From contig JBFLYH010000001.1 of NCBI GenBank assembly GCA_040756875.1, positions 544,001 through 608,000 of the forward strand: a DNA stretch of 64,000 nucleotides. The letters run 5' to 3'. Below are positions 1 to 9,531 of this stretch, piece by piece (position 1 is the first letter of the stretch; the number at the start of each line of letters is the position of its first letter). The position numbers were made by a program, and so were the translations under genes. The notes under the pieces were generated by a model. The model had not been told where the DNA came from, did no database searches, and saw only the letters and a list, made by a program, of their open reading frames with translations. Source of the stretch: a candidate division FCPU426 bacterium (lineage in GTDB: Bacteria > Oederibacteriota > JAAXVQ01 > JAUVAV01).

Positions 1-297
1 CTAGCCGCAGCCATCGGCGGCGCAGTGGGCGCGTCGCGCGCCGTGGTCGACGCCGGCTGGGTGCCCTATTCGCACCAGGTTGGCCAGACCGGAAAAACCG
101 TATGCCCGAAAATTTACTTCGCCTTGGGTGTTTCCGGAGCCATCCAGCATTTGGCGGGTATGCAGTCCTCGGATATCATCATCGCAGTCAACAGCAATCC
201 CGACGCGGAAATCTTTAAGGTCGCCACCTATGGCATCGTGGGAGATGTCAATGAAGTGGTTCCGGAGTTGATCCAGCACTTCCGCAATCGAGGCTAA
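1..297 (+). CDS. etfA: Electron transfer flavoprotein alpha subunit, C-terminal part (truncated by window edge)
   Basis: Frame +1 open from base 1; [35 protein letters not shown]-binding signatures. Confidence 0.95.
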   Translation, partial: LAAAIGGAVGASRAVVDAGWVPYSHQVGQTGKTVCPKIYFALGVSGAIQHLAGMQSSDIIIAVNSNPDAEIFKVATYGIVGDVNEVVPELIQHFRNRG

Positions 298-300
298 CCC

Positions 301-2529
301 TTGCGGTTGGCGGATGCGGCCCGATCATTGCGCATCTGGACCGGACTGCTATTAATAGCGGCCTGGGCCCATAAGCCCGTCTTGGCTGAGGTGGTGGAAG
401 CGAATGCTTCCACCACCTCAGCGCTGATTTCACTCGTTTATTGCCCGGATATTCCCGAAAAAACCCGCCTTTTGCTTTCACCATCGCCGGCGTGGCAGGA
501 TCATGCCGTTTTTAGTTTTAGTTATTCCCAACCCCTCAATTTATCCTTGGAATACTCGGCAGTAAAAGCCGGGCCGACCGGGCAATTCGGGTTGGGTAAC
601 GGCCGTGTCCTGGACGGGCAGCTGGAATTCTCCCTGTTGCTGGGTTCGGAACGTCGTTCCCTGGTCCCCGGGGAAGAGGCGGTCGAATTGCAGACCGCCA
701 TTTATCCCGGTCGCATTGAAGAAACTTGGAAATGGCCGGAAGGTTTGCGTCTAGAGCGGACTTATTATCAACCTCTGGATATTCCGGCCGTCGGAATCCG
801 TTTCCGCGTTGTTCACGCTCATGCGAAAGCTTTGGCCGGCACAAGGATTGAAGCCCGCTGGCGGCAACCCGAAATCAGGGAGTATCCGGATGAGCAAGAC
901 GACGAAACCTGGGCGGACCCGCGAGACGCTTTGCTGCTATTGCGCGATTATATCCTGCGCGAGGAGTCATGGGCTGCCTGCGGATGGGGAAGCCCCGGAG
1001 GGATGATCAGCGGCGGAGAAACCGGTGGACTGAAAAGCTCTGATTTGAGCGTGACCTTGGAATCGCCTGCCCAGGACCTGCCTGCCGGGCAGGCGTTTGT
1101 CTCCACCTTTTGGCTGACCTGGGGGCCTGACCAGGAAAGCGTAGCCGCCCAAATCAGGCAGCTGCAACGGCAATCCGGTTATTCCCGCTGGAAAACCGAA
1201 CTCGGAAATGGACTGCGACGAGGCTTGACATTCACCTGTTCCGAACCGGATTTGGTGGAATTATTCCTCCTCCATAAGGCTTGGGCGCCCTGGATGATTC
1301 GCACTTTGGCCAGCGGTCAGCCGCCTTTGGTCAATCTGGGAGATAATAAAGCCCTGCGGCCGCAACAGGTGTTGGCGGGCATTGAAACCTGGCTGGCTCT
1401 GCACCACCCTCAGGCCATTCGGACTTTCCTTGATCACTGGCTGGATCAACGAGCCGAAACGCCGGATCTCGCATTTACTTTATGCCTGGCGGCCCGCTAT
1501 TATGAACTCGGCAGGGATCGAACCTGGTTCGCCAACAATGCCGGCCGGGTCGAAGCGCTCGCCGATTATCTGGCAGATATGGACGATAATGGGGATGGGT
1601 TGCCGGACTACCGGCTTCCGCCTGATGTTCAGAACGAATTGCTGGGGCCTTATGCCCATCAAGAACCATTGGCCTACAGAGAGTTGGAATTCTTCGAGTA
1701 TGCACTGGCCGGCTGCCGGGCAATGCATGCAGCCGCAACCTTCCTGAACGAAACCAAAGACCCCGAACAGATGGCCAAAGCGCAGCGATTCGAAAGACTG
1801 GCCAAACAAGGGGCTGATACACTGCAAGCCATGTTTTGGAAGCCCGCCTTAGGTTCGCAAGGGTTTTACACGTTCGCACGCGTCGCTGGGGCCACGACCT
1901 GGATACCCCTTCGCAGTTCAGCAACTATCGAGTTATTGCGTGACGAGATCGGCAGCTCCTTCAGCCGTAAAAAAATATGGCAGGAACTCTGGAACAATCC
2001 ACAGTGGCGTTCGCAGCAAGAACGTTATTTTGGCCTATTAGCACAGTCCTCCTGGCAGAATCCCAGGAAGCCATCGGAAAATTTTTACGCCACCCATGAG
2101 ATACTTCGCCAAGGATTGCTCCGGCCTGAAACGTCGGAAGCAGCTGTGGAACGCTTAAAAGCATATGCCCGCAATGTGGTCATGGATTCCCGCCAACTCG
2201 GTTGGACGGGAAACGCAGGGGGAAAAGCTTGCTTGGATCCTGCATCCTTGGATTATGTTTTCCTGCTTTACTCGGGTCTGGCGGGATTGAACCCAGAACC
2301 TCGAGGTTTGAGAATAGCAGTCCCCACCTATCCCCAGGACCTGGGAGTGGTCTTGCATTCCCTTCCTTATAGGGGAGCATTACTGGATGTTGAAATTCTT
2401 GGGCCTGGCGGCGGCGAGGCCAAGGTTTTTGTGAACGGGAATCAGGTGGTTCCAGGGTCTTTTTTACCTGAAACCGAGCTAAAGAAGGGAAGGGTAAAAA
2501 TAAAAATATTGCGCATTCGGACAGATTGA
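301..2529 (+). CDS. Secreted hypothetical protein, probable (alpha/alpha)6 glycoside hydrolase-like fold
   Basis: 742 aa; N-terminal hydrophobic signal-like segment; DDNGDGLP motif; C-terminal GLNPEPRGL...LPYRGALLDVEILG...VNG pattern typical of six-hairpin glycosidase C-termini. Confidence 0.5.
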   Translation: MRLADAARSLRIWTGLLLIAAWAHKPVLAEVVEANASTTSALISLVYCPDIPEKTRLLLSPSPAWQDHAVFSFSYSQPLNLSLEYSAVKAGPTGQFGLGNGRVLDGQLEFSLLLGSERRSLVPGEEAVELQTAIYPGRIEETWKWPEGLRLERTYYQPLDIPAVGIRFRVVHAHAKALAGTRIEARWRQPEIREYPDEQDDETWADPRDALLLLRDYILREESWAACGWGSPGGMISGGETGGLKSSDLSVTLESPAQDLPAGQAFVSTFWLTWGPDQESVAAQIRQLQRQSGYSRWKTELGNGLRRGLTFTCSEPDLVELFLLHKAWAPWMIRTLASGQPPLVNLGDNKALRPQQVLAGIETWLALHHPQAIRTFLDHWLDQRAETPDLAFTLCLAARYYELGRDRTWFANNAGRVEALADYLADMDDNGDGLPDYRLPPDVQNELLGPYAHQEPLAYRELEFFEYALAGCRAMHAAATFLNETKDPEQMAKAQRFERLAKQGADTLQAMFWKPALGSQGFYTFARVAGATTWIPLRSSATIELLRDEIGSSFSRKKIWQELWNNPQWRSQQERYFGLLAQSSWQNPRKPSENFYATHEILRQGLLRPETSEAAVERLKAYARNVVMDSRQLGWTGNAGGKACLDPASLDYVFLLYSGLAGLNPEPRGLRIAVPTYPQDLGVVLHSLPYRGALLDVEILGPGGGEAKVFVNGNQVVPGSFLPETELKKGRVKIKILRIRTD

Positions 2530-2643
2530 ACTATATGCTAAACCGGGAACCGAATAAAAACGTTGTAAAATAAGCATATTATATTGATTCTGATTTCTTA
2601 ACATAGACCCGGATTCCTATTCATAGTGTACAGGAATTAAGGC

Positions 2644-2673
2644 TTGACAGGACTGTTTTAAATGTGGTACAAA
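2644..2673 (+). promoter_or_regulatory. Putative sigma70 promoter of rpsO-pnp
   Basis: TTGACA-N18-TACAAA with TG extension; a second TTGACA-N15-TACAAT at 2745-2771. Confidence 0.45.
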
Positions 2674-2833
2674 GTTCTGATCCGATTTCCCTGGACTTCT
2701 CCTAAAAGCGTTATTTTACAGGGCAATCCCCGATTTGCAGCCTCTTGACAAATATTCTCCCTGGCTACAATCGACGGCGGAAAATACTAGTTTATATTAA
2801 TCATAAACAACTTTAAGAAAGGAGGGATGGCCC

Positions 2834-3103
2834 ATGGCGCTGCTTAAGGAACGGAAAAAAGAACTGATTGAAGGCAATAAAACACATGACACGGATACCG
2901 GTTCTCCAGAAGTCCAGATCGCATTATTGTCCGAGCGTATCAATGGCCTGACCGAGCATTTCAAGGCGCACCTCAAGGATCACCATTCCCGAACCGGCTT
3001 ATTGATGCTGGTTAGCAAACGCCGCCGTCTTTTGGATTATCTGAAGAAACACCATGTCACCCGTTACAAGGCGATTATCAATAAATTGAATCTGCGTAAA
3101 TAA
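2834..3103 (+). CDS. rpsO: 30S ribosomal protein S15
   Basis: 89 aa; [44 protein letters not shown]; upstream of pnp. Confidence 0.99.
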   Translation: MALLKERKKELIEGNKTHDTDTGSPEVQIALLSERINGLTEHFKAHLKDHHSRTGLLMLVSKRRRLLDYLKKHHVTRYKAIINKLNLRK

Positions 3104-3173
3104 CGGCCCGCCCGTATAGATGCGGGCGGAGTGCTGTTGACGATGCGCATCGATTCTCTCAGGAGGTATCATT

Positions 3174-5297
3174 TTGGAAGGCGCTGTCGCTGTTAGCCGG
3201 GAAATAGCCGGAAGAACATTAACCATTGCTACGGGCCATGTAGCCCGCCAAGCCCACGGTTCAGTCACTGTCCAATACGGTGGAACAGTGGTTTTAGCCA
3301 CGGCGGTGTGTGCTTACGAAGCGCGTGAAGGCGGAGGTGGCGGCGGAGGGGATTTTGTGCCCTTGACCGTCGAATACCGCGAACGAACCTATGCGGCTGG
3401 CAAAATTCCCGGAGGCTTCTTCAAACGCGGTGGCAGGCCCGGAGAGAAGGAGATTCTCACGGCGCGCCTGATTGACCGCGCCCTGCGCCCTCAGATCCCC
3501 AAAGGCTTACGCAACGAATTGCAAGTCTACGCCTTGGTGATCTCCTCGGACACAGAAAACAATTCGGACGTTCCTGCGCTTATTGGCGCTTCGGCCGCCA
3601 TGGCCGTTTCCGACATCCCCTTCAGCAACATCCTTAGCGCCATCCGTATTGGACGGGTGGAGGGACAATTCGTCATCAATCCCACCTTCGAACAGGTGAG
3701 CCACAGCGAAATGGATATTGTTGTAGCCGGTTCCCGCGATAATCTGGTCATGGTGGAAGGCGAAGCCGAACAGGTGGGAGAACAGCATTTTCTCCAAGCC
3801 TTTGAATTGGCTCAGCAACAGAATCGTGAAATTATCGGCATGATCGAGGAATTAGCTAAAAAAGTCGGTAAACCGAAGCGCCAACTGGAACTAAAGAAAG
3901 TGGCGGCTGATCTTGAGCAACGCGTGCGCTCTCTGGCTTCCAATGACATCGCGCGTGCGGTCCGGACTGTAGAAAAGCAAGCCCGCAGCCAGGCGATCGA
4001 CAAAGCCAAACAAGAGGCTTTGGATCGTCTAAAAGCCGAATCCAGCGGAGAGCCGGATCCCCAAATGATGAGCGATGCCAGCCAAGTGCTGGATCAACTC
4101 GAAGTTGAGACCGTGCGGGAGGACATTGCCGTACATGCCCGGCGCCCGGATGGCCGAGGATTGAAAGAAATCCGCCCTATTCATTGTGAAATCAACGTCC
4201 TGCCTCGGCCACACGGTTCCGCACTTTTCACCCGCGGCCAGACGCAAGCCTTGGTGGTGACGACCTTGGGAACCGCCGCTGACCAGCAGTTGATGGAGCA
4301 GCTGGAACGCGAATACAAGAAAAATTTCATGTTGTATTACAATTTTCCCTCTTTCAGCGTGGGGGAGGCCCGTCCTGTGCGCGGGCCGGGACGACGCGAA
4401 ATCGGCCACGGCATGCTGGCTGAACGGGCTCTCGCTCCTTTGATTCCGGACAAGGAAGTCTTCAATTATACGATTCAAATCACTTCGGACATTCTCGAAT
4501 CCAATGGTTCGTCTTCCATGGCTTCGGTATGCGGCGCGTCCCTCTCACTCATGGACGCCGGAGTGCCGATTCCAACTCATGTGGCTGGAATTGCCATGGG
4601 TTTGATCAAGCACCAGGAAAAATACATCGTTTTGACGGATATCCAGGGGTTGGAAGACCATTTTGGAGATATGGATTTCAAAGTGGCCGGAACAAAAACC
4701 GGAATCACAGCGATCCAGATGGATATCAAAATAACCGGGCTTAGCCAAGAAATCATGAGCCAAGCACTGGAACAAGCCAGGGAAGCCCGCCTGAAAATTC
4801 TGGATATAATGAACCAGACGATATCTCAACCCAACACGGAATTGTCGGAATACGCGCCACGGCTGGTTACGATCCAGATCGATCCGGATGACATCCGCAC
4901 GATCATTGGCCCGGGCGGTAAAATGATCAAGAAGATCACCGAGGAAACTGGCGCGGAGATTGACATCGAGGATAGTGGACGCGTGACAGTGGCTGCCAAG
5001 GATCCAAAATCCATGCAAGCAGCTATTGATTGGGTGAACCGCTTGGCTCCAAAGGTGGAAATCGGGAAAATATACCGCGGTGAAGTCAAGAAAGTCACGG
5101 ATTTCGGAGCATTTGTTGAAATTCTTCCAAACAAGGATGGTTTAGTGCATATTTCACAGCTTGCCGATCATCGCGTAAAAGCGGTTACGGACGTCGTGAA
5201 GGAAGGCGATGTCATCGATGTTAAGGTAATCGAAGTCGATCCCAACGGCAAGATACGGCTTTCACATAAAGACGCTCTGAAAGAGTTAAAATCATAA
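3174..5297 (+). CDS. pnp: Polyribonucleotide nucleotidyltransferase (PNPase)
   Basis: AAGKIPGGFFKR, RREIGHG, LESNGSSSMAS, EDHFGDMDFKVAGT, KH and S1 domains; TTG start after AGGAGG. Confidence 0.99.
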   Translation: MEGAVAVSREIAGRTLTIATGHVARQAHGSVTVQYGGTVVLATAVCAYEAREGGGGGGGDFVPLTVEYRERTYAAGKIPGGFFKRGGRPGEKEILTARLIDRALRPQIPKGLRNELQVYALVISSDTENNSDVPALIGASAAMAVSDIPFSNILSAIRIGRVEGQFVINPTFEQVSHSEMDIVVAGSRDNLVMVEGEAEQVGEQHFLQAFELAQQQNREIIGMIEELAKKVGKPKRQLELKKVAADLEQRVRSLASNDIARAVRTVEKQARSQAIDKAKQEALDRLKAESSGEPDPQMMSDASQVLDQLEVETVREDIAVHARRPDGRGLKEIRPIHCEINVLPRPHGSALFTRGQTQALVVTTLGTAADQQLMEQLEREYKKNFMLYYNFPSFSVGEARPVRGPGRREIGHGMLAERALAPLIPDKEVFNYTIQITSDILESNGSSSMASVCGASLSLMDAGVPIPTHVAGIAMGLIKHQEKYIVLTDIQGLEDHFGDMDFKVAGTKTGITAIQMDIKITGLSQEIMSQALEQAREARLKILDIMNQTISQPNTELSEYAPRLVTIQIDPDDIRTIIGPGGKMIKKITEETGAEIDIEDSGRVTVAAKDPKSMQAAIDWVNRLAPKVEIGKIYRGEVKKVTDFGAFVEILPNKDGLVHISQLADHRVKAVTDVVKEGDVIDVKVIEVDPNGKIRLSHKDALKELKS

Positions 5298-5322
5298 AAC
5301 GCTAATTGAGCATTAGTATCTG

Positions 5323-5355
5323 AAACCGGCCAATATCATTGGCCGGTTTTTTTTT
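5323..5355 (+). terminator. Rho-independent terminator after pnp
   Basis: AAACCGGCCAAT-ATC-ATTGGCCGGTTT perfect stem running into a T-tract. Confidence 0.9.
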
Positions 5356-5835
5356 ATTCAGTAACGTTTAGAATTCTATTTTTATTCCCACTAGGGGACT
5401 TGACCCCAAGGGATTTCCTTAGGTCGCCTTTGGTAACGGTCGAGGCGCGTAGATATATAAGTGTTTTCCGTTTAAAGACCTCTCTTGAATTTCCGGGATT
5501 TAAACCTGCGATAAGAATGGAATATACATTTGTTAGTATGAAATAGTCGCAGGTCATATCGGAATAGTTAAACCTGGAGTACCTCTACTCAAATCATTTC
5601 CTATTCCGCATCAGGCTTTTTCCTATAGGGGCTCTGATGAGTAAGTTAAAGACTTACTGTTATTTGCTTAATACAATTCAAATAATCTGGAAAATTTATA
5701 TTATTTTGATTAATAGATTTTCACGACAGACAATTATGGACTGTAAAGCAAATATAACCAAATAAAAAGCATGACGATTATACTATCTATAGTGTGTGGA
5801 TTTAGAGCAACACAGATATATGGTGTTAAAAAAAC

Positions 5836-5864
5836 TTGACACTTGTCGTCTTTTGTTATATAAA
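5836..5864 (+). promoter_or_regulatory. Putative sigma70 promoter of the NtrC-family regulator
   Basis: TTGACA-N17-TATAAA about 100 nt upstream of GTG 5965. Confidence 0.55.
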
Positions 5865-5964
5865 TATTTGTGCAAAGTGAATAAAAAAATGTATAAACAT
5901 AGCTTTTATTATTGACTATTAATCGCAATATAGTATCCTGTGGGTCATTCTTGGGGGTGAAATA

Positions 5965-7332
5965 GTGAAATCAAATATCTTGGTTGTCGATGATGATCCA
6001 TCCGTCATTGCCGCTTTAAAAGAACTTCTGCAAGACCATTATAATCCCATCACCGTTACCAGCGGGGCTGAGGCCCTTGAAAAAGTTAAAAAACACCCCA
6101 ACCTTGATCTAGTCCTGCTCGATATCACCATGCCGGATATGAACGGCATTGATGCTTTGCGGCATATCAAGGAATTGGATTCCCAATTGGATGCCATCAT
6201 GGTTTCGGCCAACAACACAGCCGAGGCGGCGGTTAAGACCATCAGGATCGGCGCCTACGATTACGTTACCAAACCATTCAATAACGAAGATCTGATTGCG
6301 GTCATCAACCGGGCCCTTGAAAAACGGCAATTGATCCGGCAAAAAGAAATAATTGAAGAAGAAAAGAAGAAGTGGGAACAGTCGCTGCTGATTGGAAAAA
6401 GTCCTGTTATGCAGAATGTTTATTCCCTGATCGACAAGGTTGCGGATGCAGACAGCACGGTGCTGATTTTCGGCGAAAGCGGCACGGGCAAGGAACTGGT
6501 AGCACGTGAACTGCACAAACGGGGCATCCGTAACGAAAAACCTTTCGTGGCGGTCAATTGCGCGGCCATTCCCGGCGAATTGGTCGAAAGCGAGTTTTTT
6601 GGACACGAGAAAGGTGCATTCACTTCGGCCAGCGCCCGGAAAATCGGCAAATTCGAATACGCCGACGGCGGGATCATCTTCCTGGACGATGTCGGCGAAC
6701 TGCCGCTTCCTATTCAGGCCAAGCTGCTGCGCGTGCTGCAGGAACGGGAGATCGTGCGCGTAGGGGCCAATGAAGTCATTCCCGTGGATGTTCGGGTGGT
6801 CGCAGCCACCAACGTTGACCTCCGCCAGTTAGTGGAACAGCGGCGGTTTCGCGAAGACCTGTATTTCCGGCTGAAAGTCGTTCCCGTCGAAATCCCGCCC
6901 TTGCGCGCCCGCAGGGAAGACGTGCCCTTGCTGGTGGATCACTTTATATCCAAATTGTGTGTACGGCACAATAAAATCATCAAGAAAGTCCAAAGCGAGG
7001 CCATGAATCTATTGGCCAATTACAATTGGCCAGGCAATGTGCGCGAACTCGAAAATATGCTGGAAATGGTGGTGCTGCTGGCAACCGGCGATGTCATCCA
7101 GACCAGCGATTTGCCTTCGAACATCCTAACAAACCAGGCGCTTAAGGAGCCGTTTGACCAGGAAGGCGCTGTCATTTCGCTCAAAGAAGCCAGACACCAA
7201 TTTGAAAAGCAATTCATCCTCCGGGTCCTGGAAAAGCTGCGCTGGAACCAGAGCAAAGCAGCCCGGGTCATGGGTATCCACCGAAATACATTAATTCTAA
7301 AGATGGAAGAATTGGGCATTAAACGGCAGTAA
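5965..7332 (+). CDS. Sigma54-dependent response regulator (REC-AAA+-Fis HTH, NtrC/AtoC family)
   Basis: ILVVDDD/LLDITMP receiver; [54 protein letters not shown]. Confidence 0.95.
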   Translation: MKSNILVVDDDPSVIAALKELLQDHYNPITVTSGAEALEKVKKHPNLDLVLLDITMPDMNGIDALRHIKELDSQLDAIMVSANNTAEAAVKTIRIGAYDYVTKPFNNEDLIAVINRALEKRQLIRQKEIIEEEKKKWEQSLLIGKSPVMQNVYSLIDKVADADSTVLIFGESGTGKELVARELHKRGIRNEKPFVAVNCAAIPGELVESEFFGHEKGAFTSASARKIGKFEYADGGIIFLDDVGELPLPIQAKLLRVLQEREIVRVGANEVIPVDVRVVAATNVDLRQLVEQRRFREDLYFRLKVVPVEIPPLRARREDVPLLVDHFISKLCVRHNKIIKKVQSEAMNLLANYNWPGNVRELENMLEMVVLLATGDVIQTSDLPSNILTNQALKEPFDQEGAVISLKEARHQFEKQFILRVLEKLRWNQSKAARVMGIHRNTLILKMEELGIKRQ

Positions 7333-7371
7333 TGAGTTTGTAAAAATCGTTTCAGCAAGGCCTTCTTGCTC

Positions 7372-7448
7372 TCTCCTGTTTTCCCTTAGGGAAGAGAGGA
7401 GACCAGCGAGGGGGTTCCCATAGTATAAGTAGGGGGGACTGTGGGAAC
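7372..7448. repeat. Two adjacent imperfect inverted repeats (hairpins)
   Basis: TCTCCTGTTTTCCC-TTA-GGGAAGAGAGGAGA and GTTCCCATAGT...ACTGTGGGAAC. Confidence 0.4.
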
Positions 7449-7803
7449 GATGATCCATGGGTACGGAAAACCGCCTTTAGCCGATTTTCGCCTCCGGCAC
7501 TCTCAAAGTCCGGAGAGGCGGTCGATTGACCTGGAAAGTACGCTTTCAATCAATTTTTCCACCCATTTATCTGCATTACCCTTCAACCTCGAAGAGAATC
7601 CCGATCTTCAGGCACACCAGGAATCCCCTTTATCAGTTCCTTCAATCCTTAAAAAATATTCCATTGGAACATCGTGGCTCTACTGAATCGCCGCCCATCC
7701 GTCGAAAGCCACTTCCGAAACAAAATGCTGTTGTCGTTGAAATGCGGGTTTTGGTTCTTTAAAGAGTGGCTGAAACCTTTAACAAGCCCGCTTCGCCTGG
7801 TCG

Positions 7804-7894
7804 GTCATTGCGATCCCCCAAAGGGGGAGAAGCAATCACGATTTCACAAACTTGAATGCAGATTGCCACGCTACCTTTGGTCGCTCGCAATGAC
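7804..7894. repeat. REP-like palindromic element (GTCATTGCGA...TCGCAATGAC type)
   Basis: Perfect 10-bp terminal inverted repeats GTCATTGCGA/TCGCAATGAC with internal GCAATC/GATTGC pair and CCCCC-AAA-GGGGG hairpin. Confidence 0.75.
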
Positions 7895-8052
7895 TACCGG
7901 GGGGTTTTTCAGAGGTTTCTGACTTTTATTTCGGCCTGGAAGCCCCTCGTGGCTTCGTAACTGACCTGAAGGAGGTGATAGACCCCGCCATTTTCAGTAA
8001 CGGCAGAAACAAGTTTTACTGAAGTGCAAAGCACAAAAAAAAGGAGGAAAAA

Positions 8053-8526
8053 ATGTCGAAGAAACAGATGTTGATCGTGGATGACAATCAGGGGCTGCGC
8101 GAAGCGCTCCGCACCGTATTCGAAGACGAATACGAGCTGGCGTTTGCGGGCAGCGGGGAAGAAGCCTTGCGCTTTACCTTCAAGCGCCGGCCCGAAGTGG
8201 TTTTGATGGATTACCGCATGCCAGGCATGGATGGCCTGGAGACCTTGTCCTATCTCAAGAAACTCGCTCCGGATTCCAGGACAGTCGTCATGTCGGCCTT
8301 TGATGACCGCAATCAGGTGGAGCAATTCCTCAGTGCCGGCGCTACGGACTTCGTGGGGAAACCGTTTGATGTCCAGGACATCAAGCACAAAATCGCCCGC
8401 GCAGCCGCCACAGCGCCCAAGCTGGTCGAATACCAGCCCGAAGTCAAAAAGACAGAACCCGTCATCAGCCGGCGTGAAGTGGATGACATGATCAACCAAA
8501 CCCTGCGCCTGGCCGCGTGCCTGTGA
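8053..8526 (+). CDS. Single-domain response regulator (receiver) with short C-terminal tail
   Basis: MLIVDDN, VLMDYRMPGMDG, VMSA, GKPF; AAGGAGG SD. Confidence 0.93.
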   Translation: MSKKQMLIVDDNQGLREALRTVFEDEYELAFAGSGEEALRFTFKRRPEVVLMDYRMPGMDGLETLSYLKKLAPDSRTVVMSAFDDRNQVEQFLSAGATDFVGKPFDVQDIKHKIARAAATAPKLVEYQPEVKKTEPVISRREVDDMINQTLRLAACL

Positions 8527-8560
8527 AAAACTGCCGTATAACTCAAAGGGGGGATGCGAA

Positions 8561-9496
8561 ATGAGTACGGTGGTTGCAATGCTTAAAGATAGAAACGAAA
8601 TAATCCAGAATATTTTCAGCACTCCGATGTCGGTAGATCAACAGACGGCAAATGTGCCAGAAATAAAAGAAGAAAGATATTTAGAAAGCAGCACAATTTA
8701 TCAGCTTCGCGGTGGTGTGGAAGCCGAAGTGATTAACAATCCGAAGTTTAAATTTGCTCAAGCGGGTATTGAAGAGCACGCCAAAGAAGAGTTGGGTAAT
8801 ATTTTAATAAGATCATTTGGCTACAATGCGGATCAAAATGGCATGTTCTTGGATGGGAATAGATTTAATCGTGTTGCAATTGATGTTGACTGGCTGGTTG
8901 TTGTCAGAAAAAAATCGCAGCCTATCGCATTTGGCGCGGGCACATTTATTACGCCTTTTTTATTCTATGTGAATAGTGCCATGGTTTTACCGGAATATCA
9001 GCCACTTGGCATAGGTTCGATTGCAATTGCATTGCTTTTGAAAATTGCGCGAGAATATGCTTTGGATATTAACAAATATGAACCTGACATTGTCTGTAGA
9101 ACTCATAACCGTAGCGCCGCGAGCGCACTTCTGCCTGCTCTTGTTGATAGCAAAATATCATCGGAAATCGATAAAACCACTTATTCACAAATGATATTCG
9201 AGAGGACTGCCAATCACTTAAAATGTTCTTATGACAAAACTACTGGCATCTCAAAAGACGTCTATCCATGCGAGTTACCAACTAATGAAAAAGTAAGTAA
9301 TAAACGAATTATCGAAGCATTTCGGCACCTCGAATCCAGGGATGCTTGTTACGTAACTGGCAAGCTCAATGTGAGATTTATAAATCGCTTACTCTCGAAA
9401 ACAGTAAATGAATCACTGCGGACGATGGAAAGAATCCCGGAACGATCATTTTGGGAAAATGCAACTATTAGTAATTTATGTTATGGTAAAGTATAA
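8561..9496 (+). CDS. GNAT-fold acyltransferase-like hypothetical protein
   Basis: 311 aa; motif-A-like YVNSAMVLPEYQPLGIG preceded by beta strands LVVVRK..PIAF; AT-rich. Confidence 0.55.
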   Translation: MSTVVAMLKDRNEIIQNIFSTPMSVDQQTANVPEIKEERYLESSTIYQLRGGVEAEVINNPKFKFAQAGIEEHAKEELGNILIRSFGYNADQNGMFLDGNRFNRVAIDVDWLVVVRKKSQPIAFGAGTFITPFLFYVNSAMVLPEYQPLGIGSIAIALLLKIAREYALDINKYEPDIVCRTHNRSAASALLPALVDSKISSEIDKTTYSQMIFERTANHLKCSYDKTTGISKDVYPCELPTNEKVSNKRIIEAFRHLESRDACYVTGKLNVRFINRLLSKTVNESLRTMERIPERSFWENATISNLCYGKV

Positions 9497-9531
9497 AAAG
9501 GTCACACTAATGAATAATATGAAGAGGGAAA

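Noticed and set aside
2772-2833. Possible S15 autoregulatory leader RNA upstream of rpsO
   Set aside because: Expected by analogy, but I cannot identify a convincing structure by eye; needs an Rfam scan
5609-5665. CTGATGA followed by a stem, resembling a hammerhead ribozyme core
   Set aside because: The required GAAA after stem II is missing (TGTTA instead), and CTGATG pairs with upstream CATCAG as an ordinary hairpin
7441-7922. Short ORFs (7441-7686, 7526-7762, 7674-7922) as RiPP precursors for the radical SAM enzymes
   Set aside because: No leader/core pattern; they overlap palindromic repeats or each other; no RRE, SPASM, peptidase or exporter nearby. A very short precursor cannot be fully excluded
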